64,000 nt of DNA from Eledone cirrhosa (lineage: Eukaryota): NCBI GenBank assembly GCA_964016885.1, contig OZ024740.1, positions 107,818,001 to 107,882,000 on the forward strand, written 5' to 3'. How positions within the stretch are numbered: the first letter of the stretch is position 1; every line of letters begins with the position of its first letter. Of this stretch, positions 26,904-39,829 are shown piece by piece. The position numbers and the translations under genes were made by a program. A model generated the notes under the pieces. That model was not told where the DNA came from, searched no databases, and was given only the letters and a program-made list of their open reading frames with translations.

Positions 26904-27104
26904 GTATACTCCAGTCCTACAAACTGTAGAGTGCTTCTTATCCGATATCTGCATTGCTTTATTGTACTACAATAAAACTTACCTCCTACATATATCTATA
27001 TATATATATATATATATATATGATCAACCCTCCGAAACGATCGTAAAACAATGAATTATATATGTAAAATAACTTGCCTTTGTTACTATTGTTAAATAAT
27101 ATAA

Positions 27105-27292
27105 TTGTTACTATTTTTGGCACAGGGCCAGCAATTACCCAGTACATTACTGGTACTTTATTTTATCGACCCCGTAAGGATGAAAGGCAAAGTTAACCTT
27201 GGCGGGATTTGAACTCAGATCATAAAGAGACGTAACTCTATGCTTCAAAGCATGGTGTCCGACTCTCTACCGATACTGCCAATCCACCGCCC
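27105..27292 (-). mobile_element. Nin/Deu-domain SINE, full length
   Basis: Minus strand begins GGCGGTGGATTGGCAGTATCGG, followed by a B box and the Nin domain. Confidence 0.85.
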
Positions 27293-27322
27293 TTATTGTT
27301 AAATAATATATGTTATATATAT

Positions 27323-27387
<65 letters not shown>

Positions 27388-28328
27388 AGGGTTTTACCAG
27401 TTGAAAATAATAAGACCATTGTTCAGAGGAGGACTCAATACTTAGGAAAGTAGAATGTAAATATAGTTGACTGAGAGGGGCAGCAAATTCCAGACTACTC
27501 ATAATGTGACCACCCAGATCCCAAATACAGTAGCAGTCCCAATATGTGCAAGGTACAGTGTGGCCATCAGGTCAGACTTGGTTCATATCAGGACCACCCA
27601 GTAACATGTCTCCTTTATGAGTAAGGCTTGGCGCGATGAATTAGCCCAACCTCCCTCATAGTGGGACCACCCATTTCCTAAATTATGGTTCCGATGTGAG
27701 CAGGGTATGGCATGGCCAACTTGGCAAGACCCTCTTCATAACAGTGCAGCCCAAGGCTCTACTATGCGTAAGGCTTAGTGCAGGCAACTGGCCAGACCTT
27801 CCTCATGATGGGACCACTCAGATCCCAAATCACAGCAACAGTCCCGATATTGTGCAAGGGACGGGGCCGCCATCTGGCCAGACTTTCTAGTAACACAGCT
27901 CCACTACATGTGAGAATTGGTGCTGCCAACTAGCCAGACCGCCCTCATAGTAGAACCACCCAGCTCCCAAACTATGGTTCCGCTGTGAGCAGGGTAAAGC
28001 ACAGTCAACTGACCTGCCCTCCTCATAACAGTGACATCCAGTTCCACACTGTAAATGTGGTTGCAGCTCCCAAACTATGGTTCCACTGTGAGCAGGGTAC
28101 GCTGCGGCCAACTGGCTTGTCACTCCTCATAATGCTGCCATCCAGTCCACACTGTAAATGGTGGTATTAGGAAGGGCAAAAATCCCAGCAAAATTTAGAG
28201 TTTCGTTTGAGCAATGTACGGTGTGGCCAGCTAGCCAGACTTGTCTCATGATGTGAATGACTCGTCTAACCCATGCAAGTATGGAAATTGGCAGTTAAAT
28301 TGTAATGATGAGGATATATACATATATA

Positions 28329-28970
28329 TATGCTCCGATGGATGTGTAACAGTAATATACGTGAACGACAAAGCATAAATGAATTGAGAGAGAGACTGAG
28401 CATAAGAGGAATCAAATGCTGTGTGCAGGAGAGGCGGTTGCGCTGGTATGGACATGTGATGCGTATGAAGGATGACAGCTGCATAAAAAGGTGCAGAGCA
28501 CTAGAAGTTGATGGAAACCGTGGAGTGGGGAGACCCAAGATGACCTGGGATGAGGTGATAAAAGCCGACCTTACCCAATTACACCTCTCAAAGACAATGA
28601 CACACGACCGTGACTTCTGGCGTCACGCAGTAATACAGAGTACCCGACCTCCCATGGGTACAAGCTGAAGCATATAGACAATATGCCCCCACACGCCCCA
28701 CTGCAAGGTGGTCGTGGAGGTGCCACGGCAAAAAAGCACCCAGCCCACACTGTAAAGTGGACGTGTAGGCGCCACGAAAAAGCACCCAGCACTCACTGTA
28801 AATGAGGTTGGTGTTAGGAAGGGCATCCAGCTGTAGAAATCAAGCCAAATCAGTTCCTGTATGAGCAAGGCATGGTCAGCCGACCAGACACTGCCCACAA
28901 CAGGACAACCCGTCTAACCCATGCTAGCGTGGAGAACGGACGTAAAACGGTGATGATGATGATTATGATG
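28329..28970 (+). mobile_element. 5'-truncated RTE LINE (ORF end, 3'UTR, (GAT)n)
   Basis: ORF 28330-28668 includes RRLRWYGHVMR..GRPKMTW..DRDFWR; 3' stem-loop CCATGCTAGCGTGG and tail. Confidence 0.9.
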
Positions 28971-28989
28971 ATATACAAAACGTAATCCT

Positions 28990-29275
28990 GGTATGTTTAT
29001 ATACATTTTTTCATCTAACTTTAATTTTATACCTAATTGTGTATGGTTGACGATATATTTAATCGATTTCCACGTGCTATTGAAATGCTGGGTAAATATT
29101 CTATAGCTGTTGATCGCGAATAGATGGCTGTCATTTATTTATCTATTATTTCTTCATGCCTTTTAATCTTATAGCCTGGTTTAATTGGTTTTTTGTGTGG
29201 TTGATTATGCTGATTGGGAGAGGAAATGGTGTATATATCTTATCAAATGATTCTATGGACATACTTTATAGTATA
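28990..29275. mobile_element. Unclassified repeat, homologous to 51430-51720
   Basis: Shared CCTAATTGTGT..GTTGAC..TCGATTTC.AC.TGCT..GAAATG and TTGGGAGAGGAAATGGT..TGATTCTA. Confidence 0.7.
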
Positions 29276-29291
29276 TATATGTGTGTGTGTA

Positions 29292-29332
<41 letters not shown>

Positions 29333-30364
29333 ATAATAATAAATTTGAAGACTAAAATCCAAAGAGGCCTCGATAAGGATAAATATATATCAAATATATA
29401 AGAATCGTAGAGCAAATATTTATTAAAATAACAGATTAAAGTTTAAGCAAAGAATCGCTGCTTTCACCCTTAACGGGATCTTCTGAAACTAACAAAGTCA
29501 ATCTGTGAACGCAGAAGTGAATATTTCAAAAAACGTTGCAACCGGAGGAAGACAGGAAGACGATACTTTGGTTCGTGGAAACGTTCCCTGGCAAAGAACG
29601 GGAAAAAACGAATATAATACGTCATTATTTGGAGCGGTGAAAAACAATTACACGGAAAGACAAAACCACGTTTATGGTATTAAAGAAGTCGTACACTAAT
29701 ATTCTAACTAGGAAACCGAATGATTCTCGGCTTCAGAGTTAAGAATAAAGTAAATAAAATACAGAGGTAATTGAAATTAAATAAATACATACACGCATCC
29801 ATATACGTACATACACAAGCATACGCGAAAACACTCGCCATAGGTATACAAAAACACGCACGTACACAAAAAAAAAAATAACCCGTACGCACATACAGAA
29901 CCCACGCAACGCCTGTACCCGCACGCATACGAATGTATACACCAAATACACATAAAAATATATATAAAAAAATAAATATATATATGTGTGTGCGTGTGCG
30001 TGTGTATAATTAAATAAACGTATATAAATAAATAAATACGTATATAACAAGCGCACACACATACCTACATGTAAATACACATATGTTCGGAGACGTACGT
30101 CAACCAAAACACGAAGTACGCATATACACACACCCTATATACGTACGAACCCGCATACTCACGTATAAACATAACCAAAAGCATATGTACCAGAATATAT
30201 GATATATACGCCATAACATATACAATCAAGTATACGTACGAGAAAGTATACGTACCTTCACAAAACATACAGGTTATATATACTTACCTATACAAATAAG
30301 TAATGATATAAACATAACATATACTTAGCTACCACATCAAGACGTAAAATATCCGCGGCGTATA

Positions 30365-31308
30365 GTTCGTTCTATCCGTTAAGGTATAATGTGGGGCTGT
30401 GATACAGGAAAGTTTTGTGCAATTTATGTTTACAAGCCGAAATTGCCTCAGATTTTTTTGTTTAAGATGTGGTCTTTGGCGTAGAGTATTTCCAGGGCCT
30501 CAGCGGCGCAGAGGTCACATGGTCTTTTATTTCCGTTATACGATCTAGCCCTAGCTAGGATCTCCCAGTGTAACTTATATTGGGCGTGGTTGTCTTTTAG
30601 ACTCCAGATATAAGCTGAAAGTGACGTCATATTCCTTCTTAAAGGGTAACGAAAAGAATGGGTATGCATGTAAAGACGCTGCTTGAATCTATTGGCGGTT
30701 AACCCTCTGTAGGCCCTACGGGACGTGGGTGTTTCAACCTTACATTTGTAGACAATGTTACTAGAGAGGCATTTCCCGCATAGGGGGCAGTCAACCCGAT
30801 TCCTACAATTACAGTTAGTACTAACTACAGGGTTGCACGTGTTCCTGCGGCTAGGTAGTTTAGCTAAATTTGAAGCTGTGATGTTATGTGCAAGGTTAGG
30901 AGTCGTAGAGTAAGAAATTTTAATAGTATTTCTATTAAAAATTTTACTATATTTATGTATAGGGGAAAATGCTTCATAATAAGGGAGAGAAAGATCTTAG
31001 CTAATGGTGTGGCCACCTCCATATTATATGGTGGGTTATACCATATAATGCGCCGGGATCTATTTCTTCTAGGTCTATTCTCGTACTCTGTATATGCTAC
31101 CTTATCGACAAATCCACTCCAAGCAAGAGCTTCATTGTAATGTGTGGAATGGTCGTTGAAAATATGCTCGTTAGTAGATAGACGGAAAGCCTCAAAGAAA
31201 CGTTTCTTACCAGGTTCTTGGTTATGCTGGCAGGATGGTTAGAATGCTTACTTATGTAATTAAGCGTATCATTCGGCTTTCTATACGGGTAATACAACCC
31301 ATTCAATA
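30365..31308 (-). pseudogene. PLE RT C-terminus plus GIY-YIG endonuclease, frameshifted
   Basis: ORFs 31097-31336 and 30448-30669 plus intervening IWYNPPY..SY.TTPN..CNCR motifs. Confidence 0.85.
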
Positions 31309-32018
31309 AATTGTAGGAATCTGGTTGACTGCCCACTATCCGGGAAATGCCTCTCTAGTAACATTGTCTACAAATGTAAGGTTGAAACACCCACGTCCCG
31401 TAGGGCCTACATAGGGTTAACCGCCAATAGATTCAAGCAGCGTCTTTACATGCATACCCATTCTTTTCGTTACCCTTTAAGAAGGCATATGACGTCACTT
31501 TCAGCTTATATCTGGAGTCTAAAAGACAACCACGCCCAATATAAGTTACACTGGGAGATCCTAGCTAGGGCTTTTCTGTATCACAGCCCCACATTATACC
31601 CTAACGGATAGAACGAACTATACGCGGATATTTTACGTCTTGATGTGGTAGCTAAGTATATGTTATGTTTATACCATTACTTATTTGTATAGGTAAGTAT
31701 ATATTACCTGTATGTTTTGTGACGGTACGTATACTTTCTCGTACGAATAATTGATTGTATATGTTATGGCGTATATATCATATATTCTGGTACATATGCT
31801 TTTGGTTATGTGTATACGTGATTTTTGCATCTGTGTGAGTATGCGGGTTCGTACGTACATAGGGTGTGTGTATATGCGTACTTCGTGTTTTGGTTGACGT
31901 ACGTCTCCGAACATATGTGTATTTACATGTAGGTATGCGTGTGCGCTTGTTATATACGTATTTATTTATATACGTTTATTTAATTATATGTATACACGCG
32001 CACACACACACACATATA

Positions 32019-32358
32019 TTTCATTTCATTCATTTCAGTTTACGTCCGCTTTTTCCCTGCTTACAAGGGTGGGACGGGAATTGATTCTGGCTTGATTTCT
32101 ACAGCTGGATGCCCTTCCTAACACCAACCTCATTTACAGTGAGTGCTGGGTGCTTTTTTGCCGTGGCACCTCCACGACCACTTTGCAGTAGAATGATATG
32201 GACCCCAGTCCCTATCATCTCATTTCTACAGCTGAGTAAACTGGAGCAACGTGAAATAAAGTGTCTTGCTCAAGGAAACAACACATCACCCGGTCTGAGA
32301 ATTGAACTCACAACCTTTCGATTGCAAGGCCAATGCTCTAACCACTAAGCCATGTGCT
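32019..32358 (-). mobile_element. CORE-type SINE inserted in the PLE right arm
   Basis: Matches the 557 and 57590 family; (GAAAT)n tail; absent from the equivalent position in the left arm (~29975). Confidence 0.85.
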
Positions 32359-33174
32359 TATATATATATATTTATTTTTTTATATATATTTTTATGTGTA
32401 TTTGGTGTATACATTCGTATGTGTGCGGGTACAGGCATTGCGTGGGTTCTGTATGTGCGTGCGGGTTTTTTTTTTGGGGGGGGGGGGGGTTCGTGTACGT
32501 GCGTGTATTTGTATACCTATGGCGAGTGTTTTAGCGTATGCTTGTGTATGTACGTATATGGATGCGTGTATGTATTTATTTAATTTCAATTACCTCTGTA
32601 TTTTATTTACTTTATTAACTCTGAAGCCGAGAATCATTCGGTTTCCTAGTTAGAATTCTTGTCTACAACTTCAGTTATACCATTTACGTGGTTTTGTCTT
32701 TGCGTGTAATTGTTTTTCACCGCTCCACATATGACGTATTACCTTCGTTTTTTCCGTTCATTGCCAGAGAACGTCTCTATGCACCACCTAAGTGAACATT
32801 AGTCTACGACCTCTTTTATACCATAAACGTGGTTTTGTCTTTGCGCGTAATTGTTTTTCACCGCTCCAAATAATGACGTATTATATTCGTTTTTTCCCGT
32901 TCTTTGCCAGGGAACGTTTCCACGAACCAAAGTATCGTCTTCCTGTCTGCCTCCGGTTGCAACGGTTTTTGAAATATTCACTTCTGCGTTCACAGATTGA
33001 CTTTGTTAGTTTCAGAAGATCCCGTTAAGGGTGAAAGCAGCGATTCTTTGCTTAAATTTTAATCTGTTATTTTAATAAATATTTGCTCTATAGTTCTTAT
33101 ATATTTGATATATATTTATCCTTATCGAGCCCTCTTTGGATTTTTAGTCTTCAAATTTATTATTATTACTATTT

Positions 33175-33208
<34 letters not shown>

Positions 33209-33656
33209 CATGTGAGGATATTTCACTGACTAATTATTTTCCAAACATATGCATGACCAAAGTTAAATGGATCTAGAAATGACATCAGCCAAGCTGAAAG
33301 AAATAAAGTGAATGTGAAAAAGTAAATTGAAATGGAATGAGTCAAGAGAAGAGAGTTTGATATATAAAGGGGGCTGTTGCTATTTAAAGCTATTTACAAA
33401 TCTGTGTGTGAAGCAATACGATGGGTGTGGCAGTGGTGTAGTATGTTGAAGTAGGGGAACTGAGATCTGATCTAATATTGGGCGAGGTTTACAGAATCAG
33501 GCAAGAGTATATATAAAGATAGCTGAAAAGAAGGAAACTGTGAACTTTCCCTGGCTGTATATATGAAGGATGTCAAACTTAAATGTTGGTGCTGATTATA
33601 GGGATTGCTGTTATCAGTGCTACTGTTTATTGTCATTATTTAGATTGGCAGTCGAT

Positions 33657-34386
33657 TGGCGGTGAATTGGCAGTATCGGTAGAGGGTCGGACGCCATGCT
33701 TTGACACATAGAGTTACGGCCCTTGCCATTCTGAGTTCAAATCCCGCCGAGGTTAACTTTGCCTTTCATCCTTATGGGGTCGATAAAATAAAGTACCAGT
33801 AATACACTGGATAATTGTTGGCCTCGTGCCAAAAGTAGAAACAATTATTTAGATTGGCAAAACTGTTAGAGTTTTGAAAAAATTACCTTGTGGTATTTGT
33901 TTCAGCCCTTTTTTACAATCTGAGTTCAAATCCAGCAGAAGTTGACTTGATATTTTTTATTTTTCTGTGGTCAATGAAATAAAAGTATCAGTCAAGCACA
34001 GGGGTCTATTTAATCAACTTTCCCCTCTCCCTCAAATTGCTGGCCTTGTGCCTAACTTTAGAAACCATTATTTATCACCATTTAACTTTGCCTTTCATCC
34101 TTACGGGGTCAGTAAAATAAAGTACCAGTAATGCACTGGGTAATTGCTGGCCTTGTGCCAAAAGTAGAAACAATTATTTATCACCATTTAATGGCGGTGG
34201 ATTGGCAGTATCGGTAGAGGGTCGGACGCCATGCTTTGACGCATAGAGTTACGGCCCTTTCCATTCTGAGTTCAAATCCAGCCGAGGTTTTCACTTTGTC
34301 TTTCATCGTTACAGGGTCGATAAAATAAAGTACCAGTAATGTACTGGGTAATTGCTGGCCTTGTGCCAAAATTAGAAACCATTATT
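33657..34386 (+). mobile_element. Cluster of Nin/Deu-domain SINE copies
   Basis: Full copies at ~33657-33850 and ~34192-34386, with an older copy and a 3' partial copy between them. Confidence 0.85.
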
Positions 34387-34700
34387 TATCATCATCATCA
34401 TTGGTATCATTGTTATTGTTACCACCATTGTTATCGTCATCATTATCATCGTCATTCTCATTATTATTGTCGTCATCATCATTGTTGTCATCATTCTTGT
34501 TATCATCATCATCCTTGTCACAATCATCAACATCGTTGTCATCATCCTTATCTTCATCATTAACATCATCATCATCATCATCACCATCATTATCATCATC
34601 CTTATCTTCATCATCATCACCATCATTATCATCATCCTTATCTTCATCTTCATCATCATCATCATCATCATCATCAATGTCATCAATATCATCAACATCG
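34387..34700. repeat. (CAT)n-type degenerate trinucleotide tract
   Basis: Directly visible. Confidence 0.9.
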
Positions 34701-35649
34701 TTGCTGTTATTAATTTAGAATGTAATAGCAATGACAGCTTCCCACATCTTACAAGAACCACACCAATCATTACATTATGTTATGAATTAAGTTACAATAA
34801 CTCGCCTCAAAACATTTTCTGAACAAAATATATAACCAATGTTTCAATTAATTGTGTTGTTTTTTTAAAATTTATTTATCAAAAATGGATGATTGTTGGG
34901 TGAAGAAGTACCAGAACTTCCAGATGGAAGGAAGCCATGAAAGAAGAAGACCAAAAATGTGGGAAGTGGTGAAAGTTGATATCAAGATACTGAACCTCAA
35001 GTGGAAGGATGCTGTACTGAAGAGGACTCATCTAACTCATGAAAGCATGGAAAAACAAGTGTAAAAATGGTTTAAATGAGATTTAAAACGAACTGTAACT
35101 GTTATTTTTGTGCCTCCAGCAGGGTCCACTCTGTTGCAAGAATTCAATCATGTCTCTAGTCTGGAACACTGAAAAGTGTAATGGGCACAGATATACAAAT
35201 GCCTGTATGTGTTTTTGTCTCCTCTGTGTGTGTGTGTGTCAGTGAGAGAGAGAGAGCATAAGCAAAAACAAAATATGTTTAAGCAGAGGGAGTATAATCC
35301 TACAGTTTCAGAGATTAGGAATCCACAATAAAAGTATTTCTAATATATCTAATATCTATTGAGGAGGACAAGACAGTTTATCTAAAGAGATATTAGGTGG
35401 CACCCTATCCAAGGGAAGCTTGGCCTCTCATCTACTTAATGTTATGGAAACCACAGTGAATCAGTAGCTTTAGAGATTATATATATGCCTGCCTTTTTTG
35501 TCTGTGTGTGTGTGTGTGTGTGCATGCGTGCGCGCGTGCGTGTGTGTGAATATACATATACACACACTTGCATATATAGATATGATGAAGTTATTCAATC
35601 TGAAATAGCTTAATTCTAAATCACACAATTCTGTATCTCTGATAAGAAA

Positions 35650-36930
35650 CTTCTTGTATGCTGATAACTGTGATATTGTCACACAAGATTAAAAAAGATC
35701 TTCAAATTCTTATGGATAAAATTTCATTGGCATGTAACATATTAGACCTCATAATAAATCTTGATAAAACTGTTGTTCTTTATCAGCCCTGCTCTGGAAA
35801 GCCTTATGTAGAACCTAAAATAATGGTGTATGGTCTGAAAAACCTATCTTCCTTTGAATATATTAACAGCATGTTGAACAGAGATGTAAATCTTGATGAT
35901 GAAATTGCAAATAGAAGTCAGGAGTCATGGAGTCATGGATTTTTTTTTCTTTTGAAAAATTACCATCTTCTTTATGGTCTCACCAAATATTGAAACTTGA
36001 TCAACCATTTCCTTCTCATGCCAGCCACCATCCAAACATCTGTTGTCCTTCCTTGTTTTGTTTGTTGTTTTCTTTTCTCTGCAAAATTGAGAGGAGAGCA
36101 TCCTGCCTGAAGAAGGAGCCCTGACTGGTGGAGTGGCTGATGCAGCAGGTGTTGCTGGCTGTTCTCTGTGGCAAGGTTGTCACCGTTTTGTTTGTGAGAT
36201 GAAGCTAAGACATGCCACTCATTTTTTTTTTTATTATTTCATTTTTTTTATTCTTCCTATTTATTATGCAAAATATTTATGTAAATTTTCAAAGCATGCA
36301 TTTTGCCTGTTTTGTTGCATGGCTGTGAAACATGTTAACCCTTCCATTACTAAACTGCTTGAAACTGGCTCTAATTCTAAGAAACAAAACCATCCATTCT
36401 AAAGGGTTCCTATTTAAATCATAATTTTCCAACATAATTTTATACAAAACCATATTTTAAGTTACTATTTTAGTAATGAGATAATTAATAATTTTAGTAA
36501 ATCCTTCAAAATATTTCATTAGTTAATTGAGATAGAGAGTATTTCATTAGAAATATGGTAACAAATTTGGAGTATTTTTTAGCAAAAAGTATCTTTGATA
36601 AATTTTACATATATCTTGGAGAGACTATGTAAGTAATGTTGATGTTTTGTAGATAGTAAATGTAAGACTAGAAGCTGTCTTGCAATATAGACTGTGGTGG
36701 GAAGGCCATATTGTTGAAATGAAAGATAAAAAAATTATAGACTGTCTACTTTATGGAGAACTATGTTCTGGTAAAGATCTCACAAACCAAAGTTAATAAA
36801 CAGAAACTGTCTCAAACCTGATCTGTAAAAAAGGTAATATTTATGTGGAAAGTTGTGGAAAAAATGCAATGGATAGGACATCATGGAGAAAAAATACACT
36901 AGGTGCATCCAAGCATTTTAAGGAGAATAA

Positions 36931-36935
<5 letters not shown>
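35650..36935 (+). pseudogene. Old, interrupted RTE-clade LINE RT remnants
   Basis: LLYADN..DLQILMDKIS..INLDKTVVLYQP..LDDEIANR (35650-35920) and LWWEGHIVEM..LLYGEL..AMDRTSWR (36680-36935). Confidence 0.65.
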
Positions 36936-37014
<79 letters not shown>

Positions 37015-37301
37015 GGGTACAAGAAAGAGGCAAACTAAAGAATAGACATTCAAACAGAGAGACAGGAAGATAGTGAGGCAAAGAGAGAGAGAGAGAGAGC
37101 ATATTGTAGGCATTTACAAGAGCATGGAAAAGGAAAGGAACTGAGAGGGGGTTGTGAATAAATGAATAGCATAATATATATATATGTATATATATATCAT
37201 CATCACCATTTTAAATCCGTTCTTCCACGCTAGCATGGGTTAGACGGGTTGTCCTGTTGTGGGCAGTGTATGTTCGGCTGACCTTGTCTTGCTCATACAT
37301 A

Positions 37302-37337
<36 letters not shown>

Positions 37338-37341
37338 CATA

Positions 37342-38665
37342 TCATCATCATCATCATCATCATCAACGTTTAACGTCCGTGTTCCACGCTTGCATGGGTT
37401 TGGACGGGGGTAGTCCCACTTGAGGCAAGAGTGATTGTCTTGCTCGCATAGGACTGTCTGGCAGGTTTTCTACAGTTGGATGCCCTTCCTAACACCAACC
37501 ACATTTACAGTGTGGGTCTGGGAGGTTTTTACCGTGTTGCCTACACGGCCACATTACAGCGTGGACTGTGTGTTTTTTTGTCGTGACACCTACACGATCT
37601 CATTTGTTTCGGCCTGGATGGCGCGGCACCAACATAACTTTACATAGAACGGGGTGGTGTGGATGGGGTGGGGGTGGCGGCGGGAGGGGTGTATTTTGTT
37701 AGAGATGCCTACTGGCAAGGCGGGTCTTCTCTGTTACTGAGTACCGCCAAAGGTCACGGTCCAGTGACATTGTCTTGGAGAGGTGTAAGTGTGTGAGGTC
37801 GGAGTTTATCAGCTCATCCCATGTTTTTCTAGGTCTGCCTATTCCGTGGCTACCGTCTATCTTTATTGCCCTGCACTTTGTAATACAGCTATCGACTTTC
37901 ATGCGCATCACGTGTCCATACCAACGCAGCCTTCTCTCGAGTAAACAACATCTGATCCCTCTTATCTCTAATTTTTTCCTTAGTTCGTTTATGCTTTGCC
38001 GTTCACGTATATTACTGTTACACATCCAGCGGAGCATGCAAGCTTCGTTCCTCTCTAGTCTGCGTATATCCTCTGCACACAATGCCCAGGTCTCACTACC
38101 ATGCAACATTGCTGTTCGTATGCAGGCATCGTACAACCTGCCTTTCATTTTTAGGGAGAACCCTTTAGCAGCTAATAGTGGTATAAGCTCTCTGAACTTT
38201 TTCCAACCAGTTCTGACTCTAGCTACAGTACTTTCAGAGCACCCTCCCCCACTGCTGATTTTATCGCCCAGGTAACGGAAGCTGTCCACTATTTCTATAA
38301 AACCCTCTGCGCAATTGAAAGAGCTAGTATTTTGTGGGCACTTGCTGCTACTTATTGCACCAGAACACCGGCCACATGTAAAGTCTATGTTCTTAGTTAG
38401 CTTACCTGTGATCCCACTACATCTTTTATGCACCCATACTTTGCATTTAGGACATAAGATGGAGTTTCTACCTACGCCTTTCCTACATACCGAGCACGAC
38501 CATTTCCCAGAAGGGACCGCCGCCTTGTTTTCTTTCCTACAAACTAGAACTTTGGTCTTAGCCAGGTTAATTTTAAGTCCTTTTGACTCTAGGCCGTGCT
38601 TCCATGTTTGGAATTTCTTCTCTAGCTCGGCCATTGATTCCGCTATGAGTGTCAGGTCGTCTGCG

Positions 38666-38667
<2 letters not shown>
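37342..38667 (-). mobile_element. Young 5'-truncated RTE LINE
   Basis: Uninterrupted frame from YADD (38667) to the stop at 37699, then 3'UTR, stem-loop CCATGCAAGCGTGG and (GAT)n tail; the truncated end abuts (TA)n. Confidence 0.93.
37699..38667 (-). pseudogene. RTE reverse transcriptase C-terminal half with C4HC3 finger insert
   Basis: YADDLTLIAES..GLKINLAKTKV..CSVC..CPKC..HKRC..CGRC..FRYLG..HGSETW..RLRWYGHV..GRPRKTW. Confidence 0.9.
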
Positions 38668-38705
<38 letters not shown>

Positions 38706-39180
38706 TGGGGGAGTTAGAGAAGAGAGAATGTAGGAGTAACAGAAGGAAGCTATTTAGAGAAAGAGAAGTAAGAGTAAAATGAGAGATACATTAGTAGCAT
38801 AGTATAAATATGGGGGGAGGGGGAGAAATATAAATAAATAGGGAGAGAGGGAGAGAGAGAGGGGAGTGAATAGTCATTAATAGAGAGAAAGGGAAAAGAG
38901 AAGAAGAGACACCCAAATAAACATAGGCAGGAAGTGAATATATAGGACAGGAAGTGTGAGAGACAGACACACAGACATGCAGAAAACATTCAAGCCAAAA
39001 GAAGAGACTCTACATGGTTGCTTAACTTACTAGAAATAGCAGCCAAACAGCACACTGCCTTCTTTAAACTCTGTCTCAAATTACATCCCACCAAGGAACA
39101 CATTTGATAATATATATATATATAAACGTAAGTATGTATGTATATGTACATACATATATGTATACAGACGTACAGTAGCA

Positions 39181-39224
<44 letters not shown>

Positions 39225-39370
39225 TACACATACATATATGCACGTATCAGTTTAGCGGACGCTTATTATAACGCTGCTTTGTTCGTTTGTAAACAAACTG
39301 AACAGCCTGAATTTATGCCATACGGTGTTAAGGCAACCACGTTACCTTTTTGTTCAACACTGACACAGGA

Positions 39371-39413
39371 ACGATGTACTAGTTTCAAGCTTGTTAGCTA
39401 TCATCAGCACCGT
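39371..39413 (-). ncRNA. Minimal type I hammerhead ribozyme (left copy)
   Basis: ACGGTG-CTGATGA-T-AGCT AACA AGCT-T-GAAAC TA GTA-CATCGT. Stem I is ACGGTG/CATCGT; stem III is palindromic ACTAGT; predicted cut at 39377/39376. Confidence 0.85.
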
Positions 39414-39829
39414 ATACCCATCTGCCAGATAGTTGAACGTTCGAAAGTATATACTTTCCTTATGAAAATTAACGGCTGAGCAGCCTAATTTGCATATTGA
39501 GTGAGTTAAATCGGTCAGGCATACCGAAAACGATAAGTTGAAATAAAATGAAAACGAAATTTCATTTCTCCCTCTTAGTATGGCACTTACTTAAATGTAA
39601 GTATGTATGTATACGTACATACATATATGTATACAGACGTACAGTAGCATGCATATATATATATATATATATATACATACAGGTACACATACATATATGC
39701 ACGTATCAGTTTAGCGGACGCTTATTATAACGCCGCTTTGTTCGTTTGTAAACAAACTGAACAGCCTAAATTTATGCCATACGGTGTTAAGGCAACCACG
39801 TCACCTTTTTGTTCAACACTGACACAGGA

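Larger units (their letters stand above)
29329..33171. mobile_element. Second Naiad-type PLE arranged as a long inverted repeat
   Basis: Arms 29329-30810 and 31309-33171 are reverse complements. The minus strand encodes YPYRKPND..SNHP, CNCRNRVDC, IVYKC..YRGLT..FKQRLYMH and CDLC..CKH. Both ends sit in TA/CA microsatellites. Confidence 0.9.

Noticed and set aside
14015-31308. Selenoprotein (in-frame UGA plus SECIS), known in some Naiad PLEs
   Set aside because: The conserved Cys positions I checked are not TGA, and I saw no convincing SECIS in either 3'UTR.
34339-34770. Poly-His, poly-Ser and poly-Met ORFs
   Set aside because: Translations of a (CAT)n tract.
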